Both the position numbers and the translations under genes were made by a program. The notes beneath the pieces were generated by a model. The model was not told where the DNA came from. It did no database searches and saw only the letters and a program-made list of their open reading frames with translations. From an uncultured SAR324 cluster bacterium (GTDB taxonomy: Bacteria > SAR324 > NAC60-12), in NCBI GenBank assembly GCA_902564345.1, contig CACFAY010000005.1, forward strand, positions 1 through 63,675: DNA of 63,675 nt. Reading direction: 5' to 3'. Of the stretch, positions 9,914 through 20,479 are shown piece after piece. How positions within the stretch are numbered: the stretch's first letter is position 1; each line of letters opens with the position of its first letter.

Positions 9914-10969
9914 TTATGCTTTGTTAGAAAGACATTTGTTTAAACTGTGTGCCATATCACGTATTAGGATGAAGTATAGCTCAGGACCATTTTGGATAGA
10001 AGCACCAAGGGGATCAAGTACGCCCGTTCTTGCTTTAGTTCCTTCTACAACCGTTGTTACCAGCTTTGGTTTGAACTGAGGTTCAGAAAACACGCAAAGT
10101 GCATTCAGTTCTTTAATTTTAGTTTTCAATTCTTTGATTCTTTTTACACCAGGAACTACTTCAGGTGATACTGTTATTGAGCCTACAGCCTTCAATCCAA
10201 ATCGTTCTTCGAAATACTGGTAAGCATCATGGAAAACTATAAAACCCTTACCTTTTGCAGATGATAGTTCTTCTGATACGTCAGCAATAAGACGTTTCAG
10301 TTTCTTGACGACCGTTTTTGAATTTTTTTCATATATGTTTGCATTTTTGGGGTCAATTTTTTTCAACGACTCCTTAATTTCATTGGCCATAACTATTGCA
10401 TTATTTGGGTCAAGCCAGACATGGATATCGAATTCACCGTGAGCATGATCATCATGTGATTCTTTAGAGTGGTCATCGTGGTCATCGTGGTCGTCGTGGT
10501 CATCGTGGTCGTCGTGGTCATCGTGGTCGTCGTGGTCGTCGTGGTCATCATGTGATTCTTTAGAGTGGTCATCATGGTCATCATGGTCATCATGATCATG
10601 CTCATCGAAACCACCACCTTCGCGCATTTTTAGTTTTTTAAGTCCTTCTGAGTCCATAAGTTCTACTACCATGGCTCTTGTGGCTATAGCCTCAAGAGGT
10701 TTTTCAAGAAAAGTTTCTAATGAGTGTCCCATCCAAAAAACAAGATCAGCTCTCTCAAGCTGTTTTGCCTGAGACGGTTTCAATGCATAGGTATGAGGGG
10801 ATGCGGCACCTTTTACAATTAGATTTGGCTTACTAACTCCTTCCATGACAGCGGCAACTAGAGAATGCAAAGGCTTTACAGAAGCAATTACATTTATTTC
10901 AGCTTTAGCGATGTATGTTATGGATGAGAGCAAAATTGTTGTTAAGGTGAGTGATTTAATAAAGTTCAT
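9914..10969 (-). CDS. znuA: Zinc ABC transporter periplasmic binding protein with long His/Asp-rich loop
   Basis: Cluster A-I SBP fold motifs (SPHTYALKPSQ, FHDAYQYF), signal peptide, (DDH)n loop. Adjacent to znuCB and Zur boxes. Confidence 0.9.
   Translation of the reverse strand: MNFIKSLTLTTILLSSITYIAKAEINVIASVKPLHSLVAAVMEGVSKPNLIVKGAASPHTYALKPSQAKQLERADLVFWMGHSLETFLEKPLEAIATRAMVVELMDSEGLKKLKMREGGGFDEHDHDDHDDHDDHSKESHDDHDDHDDHDDHDDHDDHDDHDDHDDHSKESHDDHAHGEFDIHVWLDPNNAIVMANEIKESLKKIDPKNANIYEKNSKTVVKKLKRLIADVSEELSSAKGKGFIVFHDAYQYFEERFGLKAVGSITVSPEVVPGVKRIKELKTKIKELNALCVFSEPQFKPKLVTTVVEGTKARTGVLDPLGASIQNGPELYFILIRDMAHSLNKCLSNKA
10469..10549 (-). repeat. Nine tandem 9-bp units (GTGGTCRTC) encoding (DDH)n, flanked by a duplicated HSKESH unit
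   Basis: Counted directly in the sequence. The flanking copies of GATTCTTTAGAGTG lie at about 10458-10471 and 10554-10567. Confidence 0.9.
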
Positions 10970-11001
10970 GCTAGTATTCTTGGAAAATTGACAATTAAAT
11001 T

Positions 11002-11040
11002 GTAATATTATAACGTAAACGCTGTATGTTATAACATTAC
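11002..11040. promoter_or_regulatory. Two adjacent Zur boxes in the znuA / znuCB divergent promoter
   Basis: GTAATATTATAACGT (11002-11016) and ATGTTATAACATTAC (11026-11040; the 12-bp core ATGTTATAACAT is a perfect palindrome). Confidence 0.75.
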
Positions 11041-11085
11041 AAATTACTAATCAATAAAAAAGATTAATTGATCTGAAACTTATTC

Positions 11086-11898
11086 ATGATACGAAATAAT
11101 TCCTCACTGATTAGACTCAAAAACGCAGGTTTTTTTCGATCCGGGAGATGGCTGGTCCGAGGAATTAATTTAACTGTGAACTCTAGTGAAATTCTCACCC
11201 TGATAGGCCCAAACGGTTCTGGTAAATCTACAACTGCTAAAATGGCAATTGGAGTTTCTAAGCCAGATGAGGGAACTTCTTATAAACGTCAAGGGCTAAA
11301 AATAAGTTATTTGCCACAGAGAATTTCTATTGATTGGACACTTCCTATTAAAGTAAACCGCTTTATTAACCTCACTGGCCGGGTTAGTAGAAAGGAAGCC
11401 AATGAAGCACTATCGCTCACAGGGGCATTACATTTGGAAAACTCTGATGTAAAAACTTTATCAGGTGGAGAGTTTCAAAGGGTGCTGATGGCACGTGCAA
11501 TAGCCTGCAAACCTGAATTAATTGTTCTTGACGAGCCAGTACAAGGCGTAGATTTCAAAGGAGAAATTGCGATTTATGAGCTTATCAGAAACATTCGTGA
11601 TGAACTGAAATGCGGTGTTCTTCTGATCTCACATGATTTACATGTTGTGATGGCTGCCACGGATCGAGTCATTTGTCTCAACGGTCATGTCTGCTGCTCT
11701 GGAACGCCCATGAATGTTGCTAATAGCAAAGAATATAAAGCCCTTTTTGGTGCACGCGCGGTGACGGGCCTTGCATTATATGAACACGGCAATGACTATC
11801 AGAATTTTCGAGACGGAAGTTTTCAATCTAAAGATCAAACCGGTGGTGCTGGTCGCACTTCTGATGATGGGCATCAACCCCATATTTATAAAAATTAG
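11086..11898 (+). CDS. znuC: Zinc ABC transporter ATP-binding protein
   Basis: Walker A GPNGSGKST, signature LSGGEFQR, Walker B LIVLDEP. Confidence 0.9.
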   Translation: MIRNNSSLIRLKNAGFFRSGRWLVRGINLTVNSSEILTLIGPNGSGKSTTAKMAIGVSKPDEGTSYKRQGLKISYLPQRISIDWTLPIKVNRFINLTGRVSRKEANEALSLTGALHLENSDVKTLSGGEFQRVLMARAIACKPELIVLDEPVQGVDFKGEIAIYELIRNIRDELKCGVLLISHDLHVVMAATDRVICLNGHVCCSGTPMNVANSKEYKALFGARAVTGLALYEHGNDYQNFRDGSFQSKDQTGGAGRTSDDGHQPHIYKN

Positions 11899-11923
11899 TT
11901 TTGATACAAAAGAGTTGATAACA

Positions 11924-12775
11924 ATGATGGATGATTTTTTTACTCGAGCATTGGTTGCAGGAACTGGAGTTGCCTTGGTTACAGGACCTCTAGGCTGCTA
12001 TGTAGTATGGCGCAGACTTGCTTATTTTGGAGATACTCTCTCTCATGCAGGCCTACTAGGTGTTGCATTAGCACTACTTTTCGAAGTCAACACAACATTA
12101 ACCGTCTTTGCTGTATCCATTTTTATTTCTATGGCATTATTACTGTTACAAAGCCGAGTTAAACTTTCTTCAGATGCCTTACTAGGACTACTCGCACATT
12201 CAGCTTTGGCGACTGGGATGGTTGCATTAAGTTTTATGACATGGGTAAGGGTTGACTTGATGGGGTTCCTTTTTGGAGATATTTTGGCTGTTACCCCATT
12301 TGATATTGCCATCATTTGGGGCGGTGGAGCTTTTGTGCTGCTCGTACTGTTGATTTCCTGGCATTCTATCTTTTCAGCCACTGTAAATATTGATATTGCT
12401 CAAGCAGAAGGTATGAAACCCAAGCAAGCAAATATTGTCTTAATGCTATTGATGGCTGTTGTTATTGCTATTTCAATGAAAATCGTAGGTGTTTTGCTGA
12501 TTACTTCAATGCTTATTTTCCCTGCAGCAATTGCGCGCCGCTTCGCAACTGGACCTGAACAAATGGCATTGCTTGCAGCAATTATAGGCATCTTAGTAGT
12601 TTTTGGTGGCCTATTTGGATCTCTTCATTGGGATACACCTTCAGGGCCTAGCATCGTAGTTGCTGCATCAGTATGTTTTATCATTACGGCCATACCAGCA
12701 ACTTCTATTCAGATGATTAAAAATGCTTCGATTGAAAAACTTGATTCTGAGCAAAACGAAATAATAAAAAAATAA
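11924..12775 (+). CDS. znuB: Zinc ABC transporter permease
   Basis: ABC-3 family permease. The start is placed at ATG 11924 (MMDDFFTRALVAG...), just after the znuC stop, rather than at the overlapping ORF start at 11771. Confidence 0.88.
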   Translation: MMDDFFTRALVAGTGVALVTGPLGCYVVWRRLAYFGDTLSHAGLLGVALALLFEVNTTLTVFAVSIFISMALLLLQSRVKLSSDALLGLLAHSALATGMVALSFMTWVRVDLMGFLFGDILAVTPFDIAIIWGGGAFVLLVLLISWHSIFSATVNIDIAQAEGMKPKQANIVLMLLMAVVIAISMKIVGVLLITSMLIFPAAIARRFATGPEQMALLAAIIGILVVFGGLFGSLHWDTPSGPSIVVAASVCFIITAIPATSIQMIKNASIEKLDSEQNEIIKK

Positions 12776-12930
12776 GAATATAATCAAAATAAACTTTTGA
12801 GCGTTTGAAAAACTGTGATCATTTTTTATAATAAGACTTCTTAAGTTTAATTGGTAATATAAGAATTTTTAGAAATTGAAAATGTTATTTGAATAATAAA
12901 TATGATTAAGTTTGTTGCTTGTTAACAAAA

Positions 12931-12945
12931 AAAATGTTATAACAA
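12931..12945. promoter_or_regulatory. Zur box upstream of zur (autoregulation)
   Basis: AAAATGTTATAACAA with palindromic core TGTTATAACA, about 30 nt upstream of the TTG start. Confidence 0.6.
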
Positions 12946-12976
12946 GGGAAATTCATCAAAATTAACGAGTTGAGGT

Positions 12977-13390
12977 TTGGAAATTAAGACAAAAGATACT
13001 TTTGAGCTTACAAATAAGCAGTCTTTGGTAATGAATTTATTGTCAGAGGCGAAAGGACCATTAAGTGCTTATCAAATACTTTATGATCTCAATGATCATG
13101 GTTTCAGAGGACCTACACAAGTTTATCGGGTTTTAGAGAAACTTTTGGAATTAGGAAGGATTCACCGAATAGAAAGTATTAATGCTTTTGTTGCTTGTCA
13201 GCAAGAAAAATGTCATGAAAAAAATAAAGAATTCAGTTTGTTCACAATTTGTAAAATTTGTGGAAGTGTTCAAGAACTCTTGAGCAATGGATTAAAGAAT
13301 TTAGTTAAATCTTTATCGAAAGATAATAACTTTCTATTAAAAAATTCGGTGCTTGAATTAAGTGGAATATGTTCTAAATGCAAAGACTAA
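12977..13390 (+). CDS. zur: Fur-family zinc uptake regulator
   Basis: Winged-helix N-terminus, C-terminal CxxC...CxxC (CKICG, CSKC). Sits next to znuCB and has its own Zur box. Confidence 0.75.
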   Translation: MEIKTKDTFELTNKQSLVMNLLSEAKGPLSAYQILYDLNDHGFRGPTQVYRVLEKLLELGRIHRIESINAFVACQQEKCHEKNKEFSLFTICKICGSVQELLSNGLKNLVKSLSKDNNFLLKNSVLELSGICSKCKD

Positions 13391-13454
13391 TCTTCAAGGA
13401 CTATTAATCTCTTCCCACTTTCCCATCTGCTTCTAAAATCTTCACAAATCTAAC

Positions 13455-13496
13455 ATCACTAAAAACATTACTAAAAGTGATAAAAGAATTATCACT
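13455..13496. promoter_or_regulatory. Cluster of ATCACT / AGTGAT half-sites
   Basis: ATCACT (13455), ATTACTAAAAGTGAT (13467-13481) and ATCACT (13491). Same motif as at 21464 and 22261. Confidence 0.35.
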
Positions 13497-13949
13497 AGAA
13501 ATTTACTAGATTAAGATCTAATCTTTTTTAAAACCCCTAAATAGTGTTTTTATTAAATTTAAAATATAAAAAATCTTTTATCTAAATAACTAAAACACTA
13601 GAAAACTCTTGTAATAAAGGATTTGAAAAAAATTGGGAAATGGATAAAATTTTGCTTTAGGGACGAGTTTAAAAATAAGCTTGAACGGTTGCAATTTCAA
13701 TTTAAATCTCACTATTTTCACATTTTGTGAAGTTTGATTATCAAAGTATAATTTGGTTATTATTTGTTTATGGATTTAGAGTTTAGATTTTATAATTTAA
13801 AAGCAAGTCTCTTCCCTTTTTGGGATTTAAATAAAGAATGGAAGGTTACAAACAATTATAAAATGATTAGCGAAATTGAAAACAAACTAAATTCTAAATT
13901 CATCGTTTACGGTGATAGAGAATCCAAAACTAAGTAAATCTTATAATAA

Positions 13950-14219
13950 TTAATCTTTTAAAGGTATAACAACAGTTGATTCAACAACTGCTCCTGCTTG
14001 AAGCCTTTTTTGTAGAATATCTGGTCTGGTTAACCATTCTTGTGTTTTAGCCATTGATTCTACTTCCATTATTAAGTGAATCTTTTTTTCGTCAGTTTCA
14101 CAACCTTTGAAAACGAATTTCATCCCTCCTGCTGATACCATATCTGAGTTTAGTTCTTCTGCCATTTTATTCCAAGTATCCCATCCTTTTGTGATATCTA
14201 CTGTTAAATATAGTTTCAT
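13950..14219 (-). CDS. Hypothetical small soluble protein
   Basis: Clean 89-aa ORF. No family recognised. Confidence 0.4.
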   Translation of the reverse strand: MKLYLTVDITKGWDTWNKMAEELNSDMVSAGGMKFVFKGCETDEKKIHLIMEVESMAKTQEWLTRPDILQKRLQAGAVVESTVVIPLKD

Positions 14220-14395
14220 AATTATCTTTCATTGATTTAATTTGAAGTTACTAATAGTTGTTTGATAATAACCAAATCATCTTATGTAGATTCTTATCTC
14301 CCTTTTACAATATGTAAGAAAAAATAATAAACTTTATAAGGGACAAAATTGAAATTACAAGTCTGATGATTTTCTGTTTTTCATAAGTTGTTAGG

Positions 14396-14491
14396 TCAAA
14401 GACCTAAATATTGTACGACTCCATGAATCATAAGTAAAACAAGCATCAAAGCAATTCCCATTATTATTATTAGAATTTTTCCATTATTCAT
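14396..14491 (-). CDS. Unannotated 31-aa single-TM peptide
   Basis: MNNGKILIIIMGIALMLVLLMIHGVVQYLGL. Paralogous to the peptide at 19692-19805, with synonymous differences across the shared KILII core. Confidence 0.4.
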   Translation of the reverse strand: MNNGKILIIIMGIALMLVLLMIHGVVQYLGL

Positions 14492-14611
14492 AAGCTATAG
14501 ATAAATCTCGTTTTAAAATTTCTAAATTCTTTTAGTTGATTTTCTGGCTTTGAACATTAAGGCCTATATTTTTTTATTATTTATGATTACTAACTGTTTC
14601 ATGTCATAGTA

Positions 14612-15025
14612 TCATTCTGAATTTTCAATTTCATGAGTATATTTCATTTTAGTCCCAGATCTGCCTAAAGTAATTGAAGCTCCACAATATTTTTCAGTTG
14701 AAAGCTCAATCGCTCTTTTGACATGCGATTCACTAATCTTACGCCCTTTAATAATATAGCGTATGTTAACTTCCCTAAAAACTCTTGGGTGGTTATCCTC
14801 ACGTTCTGCTTCTATACGAACTTCAAAGTCTATAATATCCTGTTTTGATTTTTTTAAGATACTCAATACATCAATAGATGTACATCCTCCAACTCCAAGA
14901 AGTAACATTTCCATAGGACTAACCCCTTTATTTGAATCAATGGAGTCCATAACTACAGAATGTCCTGTTCCTGATTCTCCTATGATTTTTTGATTTTCAA
15001 GCCATTTGATTTTAGCGGTCATCAT
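14612..15025 (-). CDS. OsmC-family peroxiredoxin-like protein
   Basis: SPMEMLLLGVGGCTSIDV and KYCGAS motifs carrying the two conserved Cys. Confidence 0.85.
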   Translation of the reverse strand: MMTAKIKWLENQKIIGESGTGHSVVMDSIDSNKGVSPMEMLLLGVGGCTSIDVLSILKKSKQDIIDFEVRIEAEREDNHPRVFREVNIRYIIKGRKISESHVKRAIELSTEKYCGASITLGRSGTKMKYTHEIENSE

Positions 15026-15454
15026 AGGTATTTCCCTTTTTTTTGAGTTTTAAATTTATCTTTTTAGTAATAATGCTATTATTTTCCATTGTTTATTTGT
15101 TTATATTTATGGTTGGTTATTCTTAATTGATTCTCTAATAAAATTATGAATCAAGTAATTTTAAATTTTACTTTGGAAGTAGTAAGTATTACAAGAAATT
15201 GGGGAAGTAATCAAACTCATTTAAGGTTCTTATCTATCAAATTAAAACAAATTGAGAGGTAGGACATTATTATTAAGATATATATGACAGGTGGTTACAT
15301 TATTAGAAACTATTTACTTATTGGCAAAAAATTTAAAAGCCTTTTATATATAGCTTTAACCGATCTTAACCTTACTTGATTTTCTTTTTTAGGCTGTTAA
15401 AATTAAAAAGCTTTTCTCACATATAATTTTTAGATTAAATACAAGGAGTTTTAG

Positions 15455-15988
15455 ATGAAACTGAAAAAAGGTGACAAACTAAATGAGCTAAGTTTGCCAA
15501 GTGTTAAGGGTAAAGTTTTCAAAATTGGGGACATTGAGGGCAAGAAAGCACTGATTTCCTTTTACAGATTCGCTCAATGTCCTTTCTGTAATCTAAGGAT
15601 TCATGAATTAACTCAAAGATACCATGAACTTGAGGACAAGTTGGATATTGTCGCAATATTTGACTCACCGCTAGATCACCTGATCCATAGTACAAAAAAA
15701 CATAATGCCCCTTTTGAAATTTTGGCAGACGAAAACTTTAAGTATTTCAAAGATTTTGATGTTGAACAATCAATCTGGAAATTTTTTGTTGGATCTGTAG
15801 TGAACGTCCACCGTTTGATTAAGGCTACTTCAAAAGGCTTTATTCCTATGAAATTTAAGGGTTCCATGTTAACGGTTCCGGTAGACATTTTGGTCAATGA
15901 AAAAAACGTTGTCGAACAGGTCTATTATGGTCGAAGTACAACCGATCATATGAGCTTGGAAGAGATCTTTAAATTTGCGAAATCCTAG
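15455..15988 (+). CDS. Peroxiredoxin-like (AhpC/TSA, thioredoxin-fold) protein
   Basis: FYRFAQCPFCNLR CxxC motif in a redoxin-length protein. AAGGAG Shine-Dalgarno sequence upstream. Confidence 0.7.
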   Translation: MKLKKGDKLNELSLPSVKGKVFKIGDIEGKKALISFYRFAQCPFCNLRIHELTQRYHELEDKLDIVAIFDSPLDHLIHSTKKHNAPFEILADENFKYFKDFDVEQSIWKFFVGSVVNVHRLIKATSKGFIPMKFKGSMLTVPVDILVNEKNVVEQVYYGRSTTDHMSLEEIFKFAKS

Positions 15989-16163
15989 AAGTTTTAAAAT
16001 TATTCTGCAATGTAATTAATGGATCAATAACAGCCTTTTTTCAGAAAAGAAAAAGTAGATCTTAAATTTTCTAATATTAGCAATTCGTCCTTGCTTATAT
16101 TTAAGGTTTAATTGAGACGAAGGGGGGCCAACATAATATGATCTTAGGATATTTACTTTTATT

Positions 16164-17000
16164 TTAAATGGAAAGTTCCTTAGCATGAAAATTAATGTGA
16201 TCCTCAATAAATGAGGCGATGAAAAAATAGCTATGATCATATCCTTTCTGCATCCTAAACGTTGCAGGATAGTTCAGACTGGAACAAGTAACTTCAAATT
16301 TCTTGAAGTTAAGTTCCTTCTCAAGGAACTCATCCTCAGATCCCTGATCTATTAACATAGGGATATTTAAAGAACTGGTCTTCATCAGTTCATTTGCATC
16401 ATGTTTTAACCAGTCTTCCTTATTATCTCCAAAATAAGCTGAAAAAGCCTTTTTACCCAAAGGACACTGAGAAGGGGCACAGATTGGAGCAAATGCAGAA
16501 ACTGAGCGAAAAGCATTTGGATATTTTAAAGCAAGCGTTAAAGCACCGTGTCCTCCCATAGAATGTCCGAAGATTGCCTTAGTGTCTTTTTTTGCTGGGA
16601 AATGTTCTTCTATAACTTTGGGAAGTTCATGAATTATATAATCCTCCATCCGGTAGTGTGTCGACCATTTCCCTTGAGTTGCATTAATATAGAAACCGGC
16701 TCCGGTTCCTAAGTCATAATCCTCATCCTCTCCTTCAATTCCTGCTCCTCTTGGACTTGTATCTGGAACAACGATTATCAACCCCAGTTCTGAAGCAAAC
16801 TTTTGGACACCAGCCTTGGTAATGAAGTTTTCATGGGTGCAGGTGAGTCCTGAAAGCCAATATAAAACAGGGGCCTTAAGAGTATTCACCTGAGGGGGAA
16901 GGTAAATTGAACATCTCATGATTCCCTTGCAACTATAAGAGGAATGGCTGAACATTTTAGTCCACCCTCCGAAGGAACGATTTGAAGAGAAGATCTCCAT
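16164..17000 (-). CDS. fghA: S-formylglutathione hydrolase (esterase D)
   Basis: GHSMGGHGAL nucleophile elbow, YDHSYFFI. Start taken at MEIFSS... Confidence 0.9.
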   Translation of the reverse strand: MEIFSSNRSFGGWTKMFSHSSYSCKGIMRCSIYLPPQVNTLKAPVLYWLSGLTCTHENFITKAGVQKFASELGLIIVVPDTSPRGAGIEGEDEDYDLGTGAGFYINATQGKWSTHYRMEDYIIHELPKVIEEHFPAKKDTKAIFGHSMGGHGALTLALKYPNAFRSVSAFAPICAPSQCPLGKKAFSAYFGDNKEDWLKHDANELMKTSSLNIPMLIDQGSEDEFLEKELNFKKFEVTCSSLNYPATFRMQKGYDHSYFFIASFIEDHINFHAKELSI

Positions 17001-17033
17001 ATACACTTTATAATTACAATTGTTTATGAAATT

Positions 17034-18167
<1,134 letters not shown>

Positions 18168-18439
18168 CTATTGATAACTGACTAAAATAATATAATAGCT
18201 TACTGTTTAAATTAGGAACAAGTAATATGATAATTACAATATATTAAACTGAGAGCCTTATACATAGTGCTAAGGGACATTGTGCTTTTTTTATTCTATT
18301 TTTAAAATGTTAAATATTTAAATAGATTTTATTGGAAATAGTTTTTGAGTTTAAACCAAAAGGAGAGTTGTATGGATTTGCTAATTATTAAAAAATAATT
18401 TTTTATTTTATCAACATTCGCTTTGTAAATGAAACCTTT

Positions 18440-18547
18440 ATGGCAGTCGGTCTTTTTGGTAACAAAGTGAGATCATCAGACAATGGTTCTTTCTGGAATA
18501 ATGCCAATTATCCGACAGGTAATGATTTCTTAGGAGTCAGCTTCTAA
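18440..18547 (+). pseudogene. Orphan 3-prime fragment of a BNR-propeller lipoprotein paralog
   Basis: Translates to MAVGLFGNKVRSSDNGSFWNNANYPTGNDFLGVSF*. This matches the last blade and terminus (..VGxSGNVVRSTDNGSTWDNVTSPTGNTLYGVTF*) of the 25735-26796 gene. Confidence 0.5.
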
Positions 18548-18845
18548 GAATAACCAAAAAAACCTAAGGATTTGAATTGGGATACAGAAATATTCATCTA
18601 AATTATGCTAGATCGGAATATAAATATCACATAAAAGTAAGTATTTGATCAACTAAAAAAGAGTGTGGATTCTGTTAAATCTATGTCAAATGATTTAGTC
18701 AAAAATAGTGAGTAAATATAAGAGAAAGGGATTCTATAATATGTCAGGGATATCTCTATATATTGTCTAGAGTGGAAGGGAGAGATATTCTTCCTATGAA
18801 ATGAGGTTACAACTCCCCTTTTATTTTTAACTCCCTTCCCAATCC

Positions 18846-19166
18846 TTAATGATCAAATTCAATAGACATTTCACCATTCATTGTCTTGAGTGTGATGAAT
18901 GATGGTTGTTTTATTTTGGGGGATTCTTCTTTAGTTTTAAGATTCCATTTTTCTTCAGATAACTGTTTTCTCAATTCCCAAACATTCTTAAGCATTTCCT
19001 GTTCCTCATCAAATACTTCTTCTATTGGGGAGAACTCTGATTCCCCTTTTTGGTTGATTTCTCCATCAATAAGCCTCAAAAGGAACTTGTTTTTAACTTT
19101 TCCAAACTCTAATCGTAATGTTCTTAATGACCTCTTGTAAGGTCTTATAAAATAGAGTTCTTTCAT
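18846..19166 (-). CDS. Hypothetical protein
   Basis: 106-aa acidic ORF. Overlaps the upstream ORF by 74 nt in another frame, so the two may be one frameshifted gene. Confidence 0.3.
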   Translation of the reverse strand: MKELYFIRPYKRSLRTLRLEFGKVKNKFLLRLIDGEINQKGESEFSPIEEVFDEEQEMLKNVWELRKQLSEEKWNLKTKEESPKIKQPSFITLKTMNGEMSIEFDH

Positions 19167-19386
19167 TTATTACATCTTTTTCATTATAGATAGATTCACA
19201 GGATATACCCAAAATACCAGAAATACTATAGTTTTTATCTAATAGTAAAACTAATACAAAATAAACGACAATTATAAACCCCCCAAAACAACATTCTAAC
19301 TCTATTTTTCTATAATCTTCTACATACTTTTTTCCTTCTCCCTTAAATGATTTAAAAAACAAATCTTTTAAATTCTGCATCATCAA
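19093..19386 (-). CDS. Hypothetical single-TM protein
   Basis: 97-aa ORF with one hydrophobic helix (FGGFIIVVYFVLVLLL). Confidence 0.3.
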   Translation of the reverse strand: MMMQNLKDLFFKSFKGEGKKYVEDYRKIELECCFGGFIIVVYFVLVLLLDKNYSISGILGISCESIYNEKDVINERTLFYKTLQEVIKNITIRVWKS

Positions 19387-19691
19387 AGTGCATTCATCCT
19401 AGAATTAATTTCCAATCAGCGTTCAATCTTTTTCATCATTAATTGATCCATCATTTTGTTCTTGATTAATAAGACCAATTTTTATAAGAATTATTTTTCC
19501 ATATACATATATTGTAAAACAAATACATCCCATAAGGACTATTGAAACTACCTCTAAAAGGACGTCTACTATTAATTCCATTATAGATAATAATAAAGAT
19601 GTGAAAATAAATACAATAGTATAAGAATAGAACCAATGATATAGATTTATTTTGTATTATTAGCAATTTAGGTTATATCCACAAAAATCAT

Positions 19692-19805
19692 CTAATGATG
19701 ATGATGAAATATACCTGTATGGTCAATCATCTGTGACTGCAAAAATAAAAGAACCAGAAGAATTCCCATTACAATGATGAGGATTTTTACATTTTTTATT
19801 TTCAT
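19692..19805 (-). CDS. Unannotated 37-aa single-TM peptide with C-terminal His4
   Basis: MKIKNVKILIIVMGILLVLLFLQSQMIDHTGIFHHHH. Paralog of the peptide at 14396-14491. Confidence 0.4.
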   Translation of the reverse strand: MKIKNVKILIIVMGILLVLLFLQSQMIDHTGIFHHHH

Positions 19806-20479
19806 TTAGTTAGATAATCAAAATTAATAGATTAGAATGAATTAGTAAACTTACCATGAGATAACCTAAAAAATTAGAATCTAAAGATTGAATAGATTCA
19901 TACGGAACGCCATCCTTATAAGCAAGATTTTATTTGAGGTTACAATTCAAAAGTATTTTATAGTGAATTGTTTCAAAAATCTAAATAACTAAATTTTTTT
20001 TAAAGTATTAGACTAATTGAAGTCTGAAGAGTATCGAATAATATAATATCATATAAAAATTTTGAATTAGAATGATTATTATTTATATCGTTTTTAGTCT
20101 GAGAACTAAGACACCATATTTTATCTTAACTAATGTTTTTAAAAAAAGTCTTTGAAATTGTTGTTCGCTAAGCTCATGCTCTAATTCCCCGATTGAAGGT
20201 TCATCAGATTTATTATCTTTAATCATTTTAATTAAAAATTTAAAGATTGATAACTAAATTAATTTTCTTTCAATGGATTTAATCTTCTGCTTTATTGAAA
20301 AATCGCCAAGTTTTAGTATATGTTGGTTTTTCCTAAACTAACCAATTTGAGGTCTTTTGAGAAATCATCTTATAATCACATTTATCTTTTTTCTTTCTTC
20401 TTCTGTTTTTGTAGATTTTCACAAAATTTTCAGATTTGATAGTACCCTTGATAGTAGAAGTTCTTTGTCTATCATCAAT

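Noticed and set aside
10393-10617. 74-aa ORF MVVSMSMIMMTMMT... within znuA.
   Set aside because: It is an alternative frame of the (DDH)n microsatellite on the same strand, so it is a repeat-generated artefact.
11771-11923. Long upstream extension of znuB overlapping znuC by 128 nt.
   Set aside because: The extension has no similarity to ZnuB N-termini. ATG 11924 follows the znuC stop and begins the conserved MMDDFFTRAL... sequence.
13770-13937. 55-aa plus-strand ORF (MDLEFRFYNLKASLF...) downstream of the half-site cluster.
   Set aside because: No SD, no recognisable motif and no paralog in the window. I cannot distinguish it from a chance ORF in AT-rich DNA.
16016-16240. 74-aa minus-strand ORF overlapping the 3-prime end of fghA.
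   Set aside because: It overlaps the real fghA C-terminus in another frame and extends into AT-rich spacer. There is no support for it.
19466-19666. 66-aa ORF (MLIIQNKSISLVLFLYY...) and 73-aa ORF at 20333-20554.
   Set aside because: The composition is that of AT-rich noncoding DNA (Ile/Asn/Tyr/Phe runs). The second lies antisense to the MORN pseudogene.
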